Shown here: piece after piece, positions 20,401-30,434 of the stretch
Numbering within the stretch: position 1 is the stretch's first letter
Layout of the letters: each line of letters starts with the position of its first letter
Origin: Bacteroidota bacterium
GTDB taxonomy: Bacteria; Bacteroidota; Bacteroidia; 2-12-FULL-35-15
Length of the DNA: 64,000 nucleotides
Assembly: GCA_040387415.1 (NCBI GenBank)
Contig: JAZKDU010000011.1
Location: 27,499 to 91,498, forward strand
Direction of reading: 5' to 3'
Notes under the pieces: generated by a model
What the model was told of the DNA's origin: nothing
The model's database searches: none
Seen by the model: only the letters and a program-made list of their open reading frames with translations
Program-made: the position numbers and the translations under genes

Positions 20401-21890
20401 AAAGCGGCTAAACTAACCAGATTGGGACGTACTTCATTAGGAGAAAATTTTAAGTATTGCGCATATTCAGTACCATAAAAATCGCGTGAATTTCCATTTT
20501 TCTTTACATAATCGCGCATCTGAATTAAGGGATTGACTGCGTCCAATCCCTGCAAACGCGAATACCGATCAGCACGGAAATAGGTTGATGATTCGAATGT
20601 AGCATCCTCCTGTGAATTACCTACAAGCATTTTTAGATCAATTTTAGGATCATCAATTTTCCATAATAACTCTTCAAAATACATATCTATTTCATGATAA
20701 GAATTACTAAAAGGAGATTTTGAAATACCATTATTGCTACGGATTAAGGACAACATACGGGTTTCAACCATAAATTTCATATTAACGCTTGGATGAGTTA
20801 TTGTATCCTTATCAAAGCGGAATTTAATATTAGCATTTTCTGCGGTGAGCTTATCTTTTGTTATACCAATTGACTTAGCACCAACGGTCAAAAATTGTTT
20901 TCCTTCGCGCTTAAAAATTAAGTTTGCATCCTCTTCCTTGCTTCCCGACCCCAAAAATTTAGCACCGCGCATACTAAATCCACCATCATAATCAACGTCC
21001 TTCGCAATTTCAGGGATTTTCATCCTTTTGCTGTAAGAATCAAATCGCGGATAAGAAATATTAGCCCCTTTTTCAGAAACTACTTTTTCTGTTAGGCGGC
21101 CTTTCAACGGTTTTTGGAAGTAATTGGTATTATAAAACATAACAGAATCTGCAGTAAAGCCGCTTGTTTTAAGTGTTATCTGATACTTTTTTAATTCGGC
21201 ATACACCGCATTTTCTTCCAAACCAGCACGTTTCCAGTTCACTTTTCCATTTTGTCCAATAAATATACCGGTGTATGGATAATAGGTACCTTTTGTATTA
21301 TAAACTATTCCACTATCATTCTGATTATTGAAACAACGCAAATTCAAACCGGGGAAAATAACAATAGGCACGCTGTCATATTCAAATTTATAATTATTAT
21401 TACTGGAGGAATATTCTACTACAGCTGATTTATAGAACGTATTGGAAGCAAATAAGTTTTCACTCATTTCAAGATATTCCGAATAGTATTTAATGATTTT
21501 ACCGCTTAATATTTTATTGATACATTCCTGCCATGCAATAAAATTATCCTCGCTTTGATTTGAATTTACAAAGTTCATTACCGAGGTAAGATAACTTTTG
21601 TACTCCGGTAAAATTCGTAACTTTTTCTTAATCATTAAGTTACATGAATTGTAAGTGGCTTTTTTTAACTTTTCATTATATTTAGGTGAATTCCAGGCTA
21701 ATGTAAACTGCTCCATAAAATCCTTAATTTCTTTTTTACCCATGTTTGTAGCTTCAAACATGAATTTAATTTCTTCAAGAAATTTTATTGGGTCCTCTGA
21801 ATATTGTTTAACAGGGTTAAGCTGCGCAAATCCTTTTGTTGTATACGACAAGGCAATAAAAAGGAATAAAAGGTATTTGAAATTTTTCAT
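17403..21890 (-). CDS. Large (1495 aa) exported hypothetical protein, beta-rich
   Basis: Signal peptide ending FAQ; long ORF; its stop overlaps the plsY start by 1 nt; no family recognised. Confidence 0.85.
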   Translation of the reverse strand: MKNFKYLLFLFIALSYTTKGFAQLNPVKQYSEDPIKFLEEIKFMFEATNMGKKEIKDFMEQFTLAWNSPKYNEKLKKATYNSCNLMIKKKLRILPEYKSYLTSVMNFVNSNQSEDNFIAWQECINKILSGKIIKYYSEYLEMSENLFASNTFYKSAVVEYSSSNNNYKFEYDSVPIVIFPGLNLRCFNNQNDSGIVYNTKGTYYPYTGIFIGQNGKVNWKRAGLEENAVYAELKKYQITLKTSGFTADSVMFYNTNYFQKPLKGRLTEKVVSEKGANISYPRFDSYSKRMKIPEIAKDVDYDGGFSMRGAKFLGSGSKEEDANLIFKREGKQFLTVGAKSIGITKDKLTAENANIKFRFDKDTITHPSVNMKFMVETRMLSLIRSNNGISKSPFSNSYHEIDMYFEELLWKIDDPKIDLKMLVGNSQEDATFESSTYFRADRYSRLQGLDAVNPLIQMRDYVKKNGNSRDFYGTEYAQYLKFSPNEVRPNLVSLAALGLITYDTEDDEVHVNDKLFDYIAYRTGKLDYDVIQFPSVARGTNNASINLLNYDMTIFGVKQIFMSDSQSVTIYPAEQKIILKKNRDFVFAGVIRAGRFDFFGKEFSFDYNKFIIDLKNVDSLRLTVKSIEANAYGEFPLVRVKTVIEHINGNLEIDGPENKSGIKKLAKYPIFNSFKDSYAYYNKKQIQNGKYPKEKFYFHLDPFTIDSLDNFSNEGLVFKGEMVTADIFPVFRESLRLQPDYSLGFISQTPAAGYPVYGDKGTYNSAIKLSHQGLKGAGILNYVTSVSASSDFTFYPDSTKAIAQNFDIKEQKTPPEFPKVHGEDVRIHWSPAKDILRAWNSKDKKFSAYNGLSEFYGQLSLTPQELTGNGTADFNSAKLDSKLISFKSISFDSDTANFALKDIATGTVAFATYNVKAKVDFSKRMGEFKSNGKGSIVEFPSNQYICFMESFKWFMDDSNIEIGGSEKQNTAAAANKNDLDLEGPEFISVHPKQDSLRFHASSGKYDLRKLEISAKGVTYINLADARVYPDKGDVFVDKNAVMRPLTESKIIANSVTKYHNLYNCTITAHTRKSYSGSGYYDYIDETKAKRTFYFSDIGVDTTFQTYAETDISDTSKFGLSPNFEYKGKVKLKAAKNFLVFDGAARITHECAGISKSWFKFESEIDPNLIYIPIAKEPVDAGGKPIAASLMVTTDSTHFYSAFLSPKKSTNDPYVLPADGFLFFDKASREYRISNKEKLVERSLTGNYLSLSTSDCKVYGEGKINLGGELGQVKIESYGSATHTLIKDSTSFDMLMSLDFFFDDGAINKMGEAVVAATGLTGTDMARPVFEKGLREMLGKEQADKLISQLNLYGSYKKFPDELKKTLFLNDVKMKWNKETRSYTSTGQIGIGNINKNQINKLVEGKVELIKKRGGDILNIYLEIDPNNWYYFNYTRGTMLAVSSNEAFNTILKELKPDKRKKAGEKGEQDYYYNICPPSKKTLFLRKTKDPKEPEE

Positions 21891-21927
21891 CTGTAAATTA
21901 TCTTCGGTTCTTATCTAACTATTCAAA

Positions 21928-22764
21928 TTACTCACTTTTAATAAAGTGCAACATTGTCCACTGGCTATTCACAACTTTTTCTTCCAATTGCAAACCCAAA
22001 CTCATGGCTTTTTGGTGGAGTTCATCCACATCCGTTTCAAAAAAACCGCTTAATACAAGGTTTCCATTTTTTTGAAGTGATTTGTTATACACCGCCATAT
22101 CAGCTAACAATACGTTTTTATTGATGTTTGCTAAAATAGTATGAAATACTTTATCATCCAACATTTCTGCATTCCCTTTATAAACAACTACATTGTCAAT
22201 GGCGTTTTTTTGTAAATTTTCGATACTGTTTTCATAGCTCCACTGATCCGTATCTATAGCAGTAATTGGCTTGGCGTTCATCATCGATGCGAGTATAGCT
22301 AAAACACCAGTACCGCATCCCATGTCTAATAATGATTTCCCTGAAATGTCTAATTTCATTAACTTTTGAATCATTAACTGAGTGGTGTTATGGTGTCCTG
22401 TTCCAAATGACATTTTAGGCTCAATTATTATATCATATTGGTAACTCTTTTCCGCTTTGTGAAAAGGAGCTCTTATCAAACATTTCCCGTCAACATCAAT
22501 GGGTTGAAAATTGCTTTCCCATTCTTTGTTCCAGTTTTGTTGAGCAATGGTTTTTATAGTGTGATTGATTTTAAAGAAATCAGAATAATTTGAAAACAGA
22601 GAAGTAATTTCAGTTTCCTGATATTGCTCCTCATTTATATAAGCGGAAAATCCGTTGTCGGTATCAACAAAACTTTCAAATCCAATTTCGGATAGTTCGG
22701 CAATTAATACATCGCTTCCTTGTTCCTTTGGATTAACCTGGACATTTAGTTCAATATAGCTCAT
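21928..22764 (-). CDS. prmA: Ribosomal protein L11 methyltransferase
   Basis: QNWNKEWE, IEPKMSFGTGHHNTT, LDMGCGTGVLAI, ILANIN. Confidence 0.96.
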   Translation of the reverse strand: MSYIELNVQVNPKEQGSDVLIAELSEIGFESFVDTDNGFSAYINEEQYQETEITSLFSNYSDFFKINHTIKTIAQQNWNKEWESNFQPIDVDGKCLIRAPFHKAEKSYQYDIIIEPKMSFGTGHHNTTQLMIQKLMKLDISGKSLLDMGCGTGVLAILASMMNAKPITAIDTDQWSYENSIENLQKNAIDNVVVYKGNAEMLDDKVFHTILANINKNVLLADMAVYNKSLQKNGNLVLSGFFETDVDELHQKAMSLGLQLEEKVVNSQWTMLHFIKSE

Positions 22765-22837
22765 CTTTCAAATATTTTCAGGAATCTCCCTAGAAACGTT
22801 AGTTTTTATAATTTTAAGCAATAATGCCGAAGTAGTT

Positions 22838-23593
22838 TTAAATAGAATTAACTACAGCAACAAAATCGGCAGCAATAAGTGAAGCTCCACCTATAAGTCC
22901 ACCATCAACATCGATACAGGCAAAGAGCTCTTTTGCATTTTTAGGATTACAGCTACCTCCATAAAGTATAGGCATTTCTCCCGATATATCTTTACCGTAT
23001 TTTTTATTGATTTCGGAACGGATGTGATTGTGCATTCCCTGTGCCTGATGAACAGAAGCGGTAACGCCAGTTCCAATAGCCCAAACAGGTTCATAAGCAA
23101 TTATCAGTTTACTGAAATCATTAGGTGATAAATGAAATAAGCTTTCTTTCAATTGTTTTTTTACCGCCTCAAGGTGCTGATTTGCATTACGTTCCGTGAG
23201 ATTTTCGCCAATGCAGAAAATGGGTGTTAGGTTATTTAACAAGGCGATATTCACTTTTTGGGCAAGTATCTCATTGTTTTCTCCAAAATGCTGCCTGCGC
23301 TCAGAATGACCTATAATCACATACTTTGCACCTGAGGAAGCCACCATTTCGGCTGATACTTCTCCAGTATAGGCACCATTGGAAATATGATGACAGTTTT
23401 GGGCCGCTACTTCAAATCCCTCCACAGCTTTTAGTTTATCAGCCAAAGCAGCCAAATGGATATGAGAAGGAGCAATTATTTTTAACACATCGGAAGATGA
23501 ACCTAATTCATTACTTATTTCCTGAACCAGCTGAATGCCTTCAGCCAGCGTTTTATTCATTTTCCAGTTAGCTACAATTATTTTTTTTCTCAT
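22838..23593 (-). CDS. tpiA: Triosephosphate isomerase
   Basis: ANWKMN, IIGHSERR, AYEPVWAIGTG, YGGS, GGLIGGASL. Confidence 0.98.
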   Translation of the reverse strand: MRKKIIVANWKMNKTLAEGIQLVQEISNELGSSSDVLKIIAPSHIHLAALADKLKAVEGFEVAAQNCHHISNGAYTGEVSAEMVASSGAKYVIIGHSERRQHFGENNEILAQKVNIALLNNLTPIFCIGENLTERNANQHLEAVKKQLKESLFHLSPNDFSKLIIAYEPVWAIGTGVTASVHQAQGMHNHIRSEINKKYGKDISGEMPILYGGSCNPKNAKELFACIDVDGGLIGGASLIAADFVAVVNSI

Positions 23594-23719
23594 ACAATGC
23601 TATCTTATTATCTTACCTAGTAGGAAGATAATGTGAGTTAATTAATTGCTATTTTCTTATTTAGCCCTCTATAAAAGAAGAAGGAGGAACAAATTTTTTC
23701 TTCGGGACGATCGATGGAT

Positions 23720-24799
23720 TTATTGTACTCTTACCCGAGGGTCTAAAATACCATAAATAATATCAACCCCAATGTTAATTATTACAAAAATTACAGCAAA
23801 TACAAGTGTCGCACCCATTACAACAGGCAAATCATTTTTGTTAAGCGCATCAACTACCTCATAGCCAATACCTTTCCAGTTAAAAATGATTTCTACAAAC
23901 ACTGCACCAGCCATTAAGCCGGCAAACCATCCTGAAATGGCTGTAATAACAGGGTTAAGAGCGTTTTTTAATGCATGTTTAAAAACTACTTTATAAAAAC
24001 TCAATCCTTTTGCTGTTGCTGTTCGGATATAATCCTGCGAAAGTATATCCAGCAATGAGCTGCGGGTAAGCTGAATAATAATAGCCAATGGCCTTAGCCC
24101 CAGCGTAATAGTGGGTAAAATCAGGTTTTTTAAGGAAATATGTTCTTCTCCGAAATCATCGGTTGTAAATAAGGAGCCTACATTGTTTAAGCCGGTATAA
24201 TCACGAAGGATAAAGCCAAACAACCAGGCAATGATTAATCCAACAAAGAAGGAGGGAAGGGCCATTCCGAAAATGGCGAAAATTAAGGATGATTTATCAA
24301 ACCATGAATTCCTCTTCAATGCAGAGAATACACCTATTAAAATACCAAGAATAGAACCAAAAGTAATGGATGATAGAGCCAATACCGTTGTTTCCGGCAG
24401 CGTTTCAATAATGATATCTGATACTTTACGTTTGGTGATGTAAGACCTTCGTAAGTAAGGAAATTTCACCACTAAAATTTTTGTATTGGATACGGATACT
24501 AATTTTTGCCAGGAAGTATATTTATCCGGGTTTAAATAAAGATGATGTGCTTTATTAACAGGATCATGCACCGAAATAGGCGATAAATCATTCAGGTACA
24601 TTAAAAACTGGGTAGACATGGGCTGATCACGGCCCAGATCCTTATTGATAGCATCAATGGAAGCCTGGTCGGCACGCTGGCCCAGCATCAACCTGGCTGG
24701 ATCACCGGGTAATACATTAAACAATAGAAACACTACAGTAATAACGCCCAGTAATACAAGAAAGCCGTAGAATAAGCGTTTCAGTATAAATTTTATCAC
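23720..24799 (-). CDS. Peptide ABC transporter permease (DppB/OppB-like)
   Basis: LPGDPARLMLG; TRSSLLDILSQDYIRTATAKGL (EAA-like loop); GTG start. Confidence 0.9.
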   Translation of the reverse strand: MIKFILKRLFYGFLVLLGVITVVFLLFNVLPGDPARLMLGQRADQASIDAINKDLGRDQPMSTQFLMYLNDLSPISVHDPVNKAHHLYLNPDKYTSWQKLVSVSNTKILVVKFPYLRRSYITKRKVSDIIIETLPETTVLALSSITFGSILGILIGVFSALKRNSWFDKSSLIFAIFGMALPSFFVGLIIAWLFGFILRDYTGLNNVGSLFTTDDFGEEHISLKNLILPTITLGLRPLAIIIQLTRSSLLDILSQDYIRTATAKGLSFYKVVFKHALKNALNPVITAISGWFAGLMAGAVFVEIIFNWKGIGYEVVDALNKNDLPVVMGATLVFAVIFVIINIGVDIIYGILDPRVRVQ

Positions 24800-24802
24800 A
24801 AT

Positions 24803-25915
24803 CTACTTCTTAAAGTATTTTTCTTTCACATCATTGTAGGATGGGAATGAATGGTAATGCCACATATCAATCACAGTTCCTCCCTTTAATAGCATTAACC
24901 CCGGATTGGAGCGGATCATTGTTTTTAAAACAGTTCCGTCTGTATTATAAAAGTCGATATTTGTTTTAGCCTCTTGCTTAAATTTATCAATGGTTCCAGC
25001 TGTTGAGGCAGTAAGCGTGATAAAGGCAATGCTATCCTGTTTACAAAGTGCAGAGAAGTCGTTCACTTTACCAAAAACATCTTTTTCGGCTTTGTCAAGA
25101 TCATAACAGATCAATAAAAAGTTATAATTCGGATTCTCAATAATATCCTGTGTGTAATCGCTGCCTTCCAGGTTGGAAATAGCAAAATCTTTTATTTTAG
25201 GATCAATTCCTTTTTTAGTTACTTCGGTTCTGTTACTTACGTAATCATATTTTTGGTCCCAGTTTTCAGGCCATTTAGTTACTTCAGTTGTTTCCCCTGT
25301 TTTTTTGTCTTTTAAAAGGTAATAGAACTGAACCTCATCGGGTATTCCTTTGGTTTGCTCTGGAATATTTTTACCAATCGCATAGGGACGGAAGTCGATA
25401 ACAGGTAAATAATTATACGTGTATATTGGGAAGGCTGTAGAAGCAATTACTACAATTACCAATAACGCATTTTCAAACCGTTGGCCGAAAAGAGGCTGAA
25501 TAAACTGACGGCCAATGAATAGTATAATAATTAAAACCAGCAATATCAAATCTTTTGTAAAAGACTCCCAAGGAGTTAGGGGAATGGCATCGCCAAAACA
25601 ACCGCAGCTCAATACTTTTTGAAAATAGGCCGAATAGAAGGTAAGAAATGTGAAAAATACAATCATCAATAACAACAGCCAAAGCGTTAATTTAACTCTT
25701 GCTCCCATCAATAAAGTGAATCCCAATATTATTTCGAATACGCAGATGAAAATAGCTAGTGGCAAGGCAACTGGAATTAAAAAGTGAGTCCCGAAAACTT
25801 CGAAATACTCCACTAATTTATACGCAAAGCCAACCGCATCATTTGCTTTTATAAAGCCAGAGAAGATGAACAGGAGTCCTACTAAAAGACGGGCAATATT
25901 GGTAACTATTTTCAT
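24803..25915 (-). CDS. DoxX/MauE-like membrane protein with C-terminal thioredoxin-like region (BT_3928-like)
   Basis: FIFSGFIKAND, SCGCFGDAIPL, TMIRSNPGLMLLK. Confidence 0.85.
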   Translation of the reverse strand: MKIVTNIARLLVGLLFIFSGFIKANDAVGFAYKLVEYFEVFGTHFLIPVALPLAIFICVFEIILGFTLLMGARVKLTLWLLLLMIVFFTFLTFYSAYFQKVLSCGCFGDAIPLTPWESFTKDLILLVLIIILFIGRQFIQPLFGQRFENALLVIVVIASTAFPIYTYNYLPVIDFRPYAIGKNIPEQTKGIPDEVQFYYLLKDKKTGETTEVTKWPENWDQKYDYVSNRTEVTKKGIDPKIKDFAISNLEGSDYTQDIIENPNYNFLLICYDLDKAEKDVFGKVNDFSALCKQDSIAFITLTASTAGTIDKFKQEAKTNIDFYNTDGTVLKTMIRSNPGLMLLKGGTVIDMWHYHSFPSYNDVKEKYFKK

Positions 25916-25991
25916 AATTTATAATGTTTATTTAAGATTGTTTTTTGCAACAAATTTCAGGAATTAACTAAAACTACTGGCTTTTATGTTT

Positions 25992-26528
25992 TTACTCACT
26001 CAGTTTAATTAATGCAAAAATCGCATAATTGATCATATCGTGAAAATTTGCATCAATTCCTTCTGATATAATAGTTTCGCCTTTATTGTCCTCTATCTGC
26101 TTGATACGCAGCAGTTTCATTAAAATTAAATCAGTTAACGAGCTCACACGCATATCTCTCCAGGCTTCACCATAATCATGATTTTTGTTTTCCATCAAAT
26201 TCCTTGCCTCATTTGCAAAGGATTCATATAATTTACCAACTTCGTCAGCAGGGAGATCCATCCGGCTGTCGTTTTTTAAACCCAGCTGAATTAATCCAAT
26301 GATGGAATAGTTAATAATACCAACATATTCAGAACGGATATTTTCGCTTATTTTTTGAGTGCCTTTATCCTCGATATTACGGATGCGTTGGGCTTTGATA
26401 AAGATCTGATCGGTAATGGAGCTGGTACGCAGAATTCGCCAGGCGGTACCATAATCTTTCATTTTTTTAATGAAAATATCTTTGCATAAAGCAATTTCGG
26501 TATCGTATTGAGTGGCGGTTTTATTCAT
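25992..26528 (-). CDS. DUF1599 domain protein (two internal repeats)
   Basis: KKMKDYG.AW and NKNHDYG.AW repeats, each followed by S.TD.I..K..RI. Confidence 0.85.
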   Translation of the reverse strand: MNKTATQYDTEIALCKDIFIKKMKDYGTAWRILRTSSITDQIFIKAQRIRNIEDKGTQKISENIRSEYVGIINYSIIGLIQLGLKNDSRMDLPADEVGKLYESFANEARNLMENKNHDYGEAWRDMRVSSLTDLILMKLLRIKQIEDNKGETIISEGIDANFHDMINYAIFALIKLSE

Positions 26529-26653
26529 ATTATAAAAATTATTTTTTTTAGATTAGAGAATTATTAAATAGATATTGATGAATTTGGCAGCTAATAGTAT
26601 TAAAATTCCTACTTTCACAAATTCAGCAAATCTCTAACTCAATAAATCTTTAA

Positions 26654-27505
26654 ATGCGCCCGCAAGATACAGTTTTTTATCAAAAAATAGAACAGATTTT
26701 CAACAGGAATTCCACACCCTTGGTCATGGGAATTTTGAATGTAACACCTGATTCATTTTTTGATGGTGGCAAGTATAACTCTGAAAGTGAATGGCTTGAA
26801 CATACCCGGCAAATGGTTGAGGAAGGTGCCGATATTATTGATGTTGGAGCTTATTCCACCCGGCCGGGAGCAAAAGACATATCAGAAACAGAAGAACTGG
26901 AACGTTTGATCAAAGTCATAGAATCCTTAAGAAAAAATTTCCCGGAAATTATGATTTCAGCGGATACATTCAGAGCCCTGGTGGCAGAGCAAGCAGTTGA
27001 AGCTGGTGCTGATATTATCAATGACATTTCTGGTGGAACAATGGATGATAAAATGTTTCACACCATTGCAAAATTGCAGGTACCGTATGTACTGATGCAC
27101 ATACAGGGAACACCTCAAACCATGCAGCAAAATCCTGATTATGAAGATGTAAGCAAAGATGTTTATGACTTTTTTAGTAAACAGTTGAGCAAATTAAGTG
27201 CATTGGGTGTTTCGAAAGTGATTTTAGACCCAGGGTTTGGGTTTGGTAAAACAGTAGAGCATAACTATCAGTTAATTAACAGATTAGAGAAGTTGGATGC
27301 GCTCGGCAAGCCTTTGTTAGTTGGTTTTTCCCGAAAATCAATGGTGAATAAAGTATTAAATATCAAAGCGGCAGATGCTTTAAATGGGACTACCGTGCTG
27401 AATACCATTGCATTAGAGAAGGGAGCCAAAATTTTAAGGGTGCATGATGTAAAACAAGCAAAAGAGGCAGTAACCATTGTGAATTATTTGAAGAGTAGTA
27501 TATAA
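26654..27505 (+). CDS. folP: Dihydropteroate synthase
   Basis: MGILNVTPDSFFDGG, STRPGA, DPGFGFGK, SRKS, LRVHDV. Confidence 0.97.
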   Translation: MRPQDTVFYQKIEQIFNRNSTPLVMGILNVTPDSFFDGGKYNSESEWLEHTRQMVEEGADIIDVGAYSTRPGAKDISETEELERLIKVIESLRKNFPEIMISADTFRALVAEQAVEAGADIINDISGGTMDDKMFHTIAKLQVPYVLMHIQGTPQTMQQNPDYEDVSKDVYDFFSKQLSKLSALGVSKVILDPGFGFGKTVEHNYQLINRLEKLDALGKPLLVGFSRKSMVNKVLNIKAADALNGTTVLNTIALEKGAKILRVHDVKQAKEAVTIVNYLKSSI

Positions 27506-27533
27506 AGGATTTTAACAACCGATTTTTTGAATA

Positions 27534-29444
27534 ATGAATAAAAAACTATTCCTACTTAGTTTATTTGCCCTTCTTGTTTGGAACAGTGTTCAGGCTCGTG
27601 AAAACGTTCCAACTAAAACAATTGATTCGCTTCAAATTGTTTTAAAAACAGCAAAACAGGATACTCTTAGAGTAAATGCCCTCATTGCTATTGCTGGTGA
27701 ATTTGCTGTTTCAAATCCAGATACAGTAAACGTACTTTATGAAATGGGCTTAGCCATTATAGAAAATAATTTATCCACTGCAACCGGTATTTCCCGAAAC
27801 GTTTTTATTGGCTATAAAGCCTTGATATTCGGTAATATAGGTGACGGTTATGAAACGCAAGGGAATCTTTCCAAAGCATTAGAATACCATTATAAAAGTT
27901 TAAAATTACAGGAAGAAATTCAAGATGAGCAGGGGATAGCCACCTCCTTAAATAGCATCGGAATGATCTATTCCAATCAGGGAGATGCGCCCAAAGCATT
28001 GGAATATTGTCAAAAAAGTTTAAAAATAGTGGAAAGGCTTAATGATAAATTGGCAATTGCCAATGCGCTTAATAATATTGGAAGTATATATACAAACTCG
28101 TTGCAGACCAGCGAAGCACTCGAATACTATCAGAAAAGTTTAAAAATTCTGGAAGAAGTGCAGGACAAGGAGGGGATGACTTATTTACTAAATAATATAG
28201 GTACCTTATATGTAAATTTAAATAATTACGAAAAGGCACTCGAATATTATCAAAAAAGTCTGGAAGCAGGGAAGGAGATTGATGATAAAATAATATACAG
28301 CAGCTCATTAATTGGGCTTGCAACCACTTATTTTAAACAAAAAAATTATACGCTTGCCCAAAAACACAGCATAGCCGCACTTGAAACCGCGCAGGCATCC
28401 GGATTATCAATAAATATAAGACAAGCAAGCGAATTGCTAAGTAAAATATACGCAGCGGAGGGAAAGTATAAGGAAGCGTACGAAATGCATTATTTGTTCA
28501 AACAAACCGCAGATAATATTAGCAATGAAAAAACTCAAAAAGAAGCTTTAAAAAAACAATTGCAGTATGAGTTCGAAAAAAAGGAAGTGCTCGCAAAGGC
28601 TGAACAGGAAATAAAAGAGCAGAAAGCCAAAGACGAGAAAAGAATTGTATACGGGGTACTGGTAGTGCTGATAATAGGCTGCGTTGCTATTGTTTTGTTT
28701 TTTATTCAAAGGCGCAAAATTGATCGGATAAAAGCGATCCAGGAAAAAGAAGCTTTAGAGAAAAATAAATTTGAGCTGGAATTAAAATGGTTTAATTCGG
28801 AGCTGAAGGCGCTTCGTTCACAAATGAATCCTCATTTTATATTTAATTGCATGGCTTCCATCCAGCGTTTTATGATACAAAATGATCCGACTTCAGCAGC
28901 AAAATTTCTATCGAAATTTGCCAGGTTGATCCGTTCCATCCTGGAAAATTCGGAGCATGCATTTATTTCACTCGATTCGGAATTAAAAATGCTGGAAGAC
29001 TACTTAGACCTCGAAAAATTACGCTTCGGAAAAAAGTTCAACTATTTTATTTCTGTTGATGAATCAATTTATCCCGAATTAATTGAAATCCCTTCTATGC
29101 TGATACAGCCCTATATTGAAAATTCCATCATTCATGGAATCGGGCCAAGGAAGGATGAGAATGGGCGCATAGATGTTAATTTCAAAATAGAAGGCAATAT
29201 TTTACATTGTGAAATTATTGATAACGGAGTAGGTAGAAAAAAAGCAGCTGAGATCAAATCACAAATGGAATTGGCGCATAAATCTTTAGGAATTTCAATT
29301 TTAAAGGAACGTTTAGAATTAATAAATGCCAAAGAAAATATTGATGTATATTCGCGGATGATTGATTTAGAGGATGAAAATCACCATCCTCTAGGAACCA
29401 AAGTAGAATTAAATATCCCTTTGCGGAACAGAAAACTCCAATGA
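27534..29444 (+). CDS. TPR-repeat sensor histidine kinase (LytS/YehU-type kinase core)
   Basis: Signal peptide, TPR repeats, one TM, LRSQMNPHFIFN, IQPYIENSIIHG, IIDNGVG. Confidence 0.92.
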   Translation: MNKKLFLLSLFALLVWNSVQARENVPTKTIDSLQIVLKTAKQDTLRVNALIAIAGEFAVSNPDTVNVLYEMGLAIIENNLSTATGISRNVFIGYKALIFGNIGDGYETQGNLSKALEYHYKSLKLQEEIQDEQGIATSLNSIGMIYSNQGDAPKALEYCQKSLKIVERLNDKLAIANALNNIGSIYTNSLQTSEALEYYQKSLKILEEVQDKEGMTYLLNNIGTLYVNLNNYEKALEYYQKSLEAGKEIDDKIIYSSSLIGLATTYFKQKNYTLAQKHSIAALETAQASGLSINIRQASELLSKIYAAEGKYKEAYEMHYLFKQTADNISNEKTQKEALKKQLQYEFEKKEVLAKAEQEIKEQKAKDEKRIVYGVLVVLIIGCVAIVLFFIQRRKIDRIKAIQEKEALEKNKFELELKWFNSELKALRSQMNPHFIFNCMASIQRFMIQNDPTSAAKFLSKFARLIRSILENSEHAFISLDSELKMLEDYLDLEKLRFGKKFNYFISVDESIYPELIEIPSMLIQPYIENSIIHGIGPRKDENGRIDVNFKIEGNILHCEIIDNGVGRKKAAEIKSQMELAHKSLGISILKERLELINAKENIDVYSRMIDLEDENHHPLGTKVELNIPLRNRKLQ

Positions 29445-30202
29445 TAAGAGCTTTAGTTATTGATGATGAAGGAAATGCAAGGTTTACGTTGTCAAATTAC
29501 CTTACTACCTATTGTCCGGAAGTAACCATACTTGGAGAGGCAGACAGCGTTGAATCAGGTTTTCTGGCCATTAATAAATACCAGCCGGACGTGGTTTTTC
29601 TGGATATTATGCTTTCTGATGGAAGCGGTTTTAATCTGCTTAACCGTTTCGAAAACATCAATTTTAAGGTTGTTTTTGTTACTTCCTTTAGCCAGTATGC
29701 GATTAAAGCACTTAAATACAGCGCATTCGATTATATTCTTAAGCCGATAGATATTGATGAATTACTTACTGTAGTGAACAGGTTAAAATCAATAATTGAA
29801 ACTTCTTCAGACACGGGCACCAAGCTTGATTTCCTTGAAAAGTCGATGACTAAAGAGGAAAACAAATTCACGAAAATTGTACTAGCCACCAATAACAGCT
29901 TATATGTTGTTGAAATTGCTGATATTATTCATTGCGAAGCCCAGGAAAGCTATACCATGTTCCATCTGGCCAACGATACAAGGCTGATGGTTAGTAAGAC
30001 CCTAAAAGAATATGAGGAATTGTTGCAGGAACACCTGTTTGTAAGGATTCACAAATCCCACCTTGTTAATTTTAACTTTATAACGCGTTTCCTCAATCAG
30101 GATGGGGGTTCTGTGGTTTTAAAAAATGGTGCAACAGTCCCTGTTTCCTTCCGAAAAAAAGACATTGTTGTTAAATTAATAACCGATATGGGCTTAAAAT
30201 GA
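29441..30202 (+). CDS. LytTR family response regulator
   Basis: REC domain (IDDE, FLDI, LKP) plus LytTR (FVRIHKSHLVN); ATGA overlap with the kinase. Confidence 0.95.
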   Translation: MIRALVIDDEGNARFTLSNYLTTYCPEVTILGEADSVESGFLAINKYQPDVVFLDIMLSDGSGFNLLNRFENINFKVVFVTSFSQYAIKALKYSAFDYILKPIDIDELLTVVNRLKSIIETSSDTGTKLDFLEKSMTKEENKFTKIVLATNNSLYVVEIADIIHCEAQESYTMFHLANDTRLMVSKTLKEYEELLQEHLFVRIHKSHLVNFNFITRFLNQDGGSVVLKNGATVPVSFRKKDIVVKLITDMGLK

Positions 30203-30224
30203 CCATTTTTCCGGATTTCGCAAA

Positions 30225-30275
30225 AACGTTAAATTGTTGAAGTCTTACGTTTACTATTTCATTATCAACGTTCCT
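30225..30275 (+). promoter_or_regulatory. Three LytTR-type direct repeats at 21-bp period
   Basis: AACGTTAAA (30225), TACGTTTAC (30246), AACGTTCCT (30267); 9-bp boxes with 12-bp spacers. Confidence 0.7.
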
Positions 30276-30307
30276 TGTTTTCCTAAATTCATCCGATTTT
30301 TCTGGTT

Positions 30308-30315
30308 TACTTTTG
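30308..30315 (+). promoter_or_regulatory. -7 box of the LRR gene promoter
   Basis: TACTTTTG matches TAnnTTTG; no TTTG at the canonical -33 spacing. Confidence 0.55.
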
Positions 30316-30434
30316 AATTGTAGAATTTAAACATCTAAATTTAAGACTATGGAAAACGAAAAGTTAAATAAAATTAATTGATCATTAATACATAAGGTAT
30401 AAAAATTAATACATTTAACCCCAAATCTAAAATT

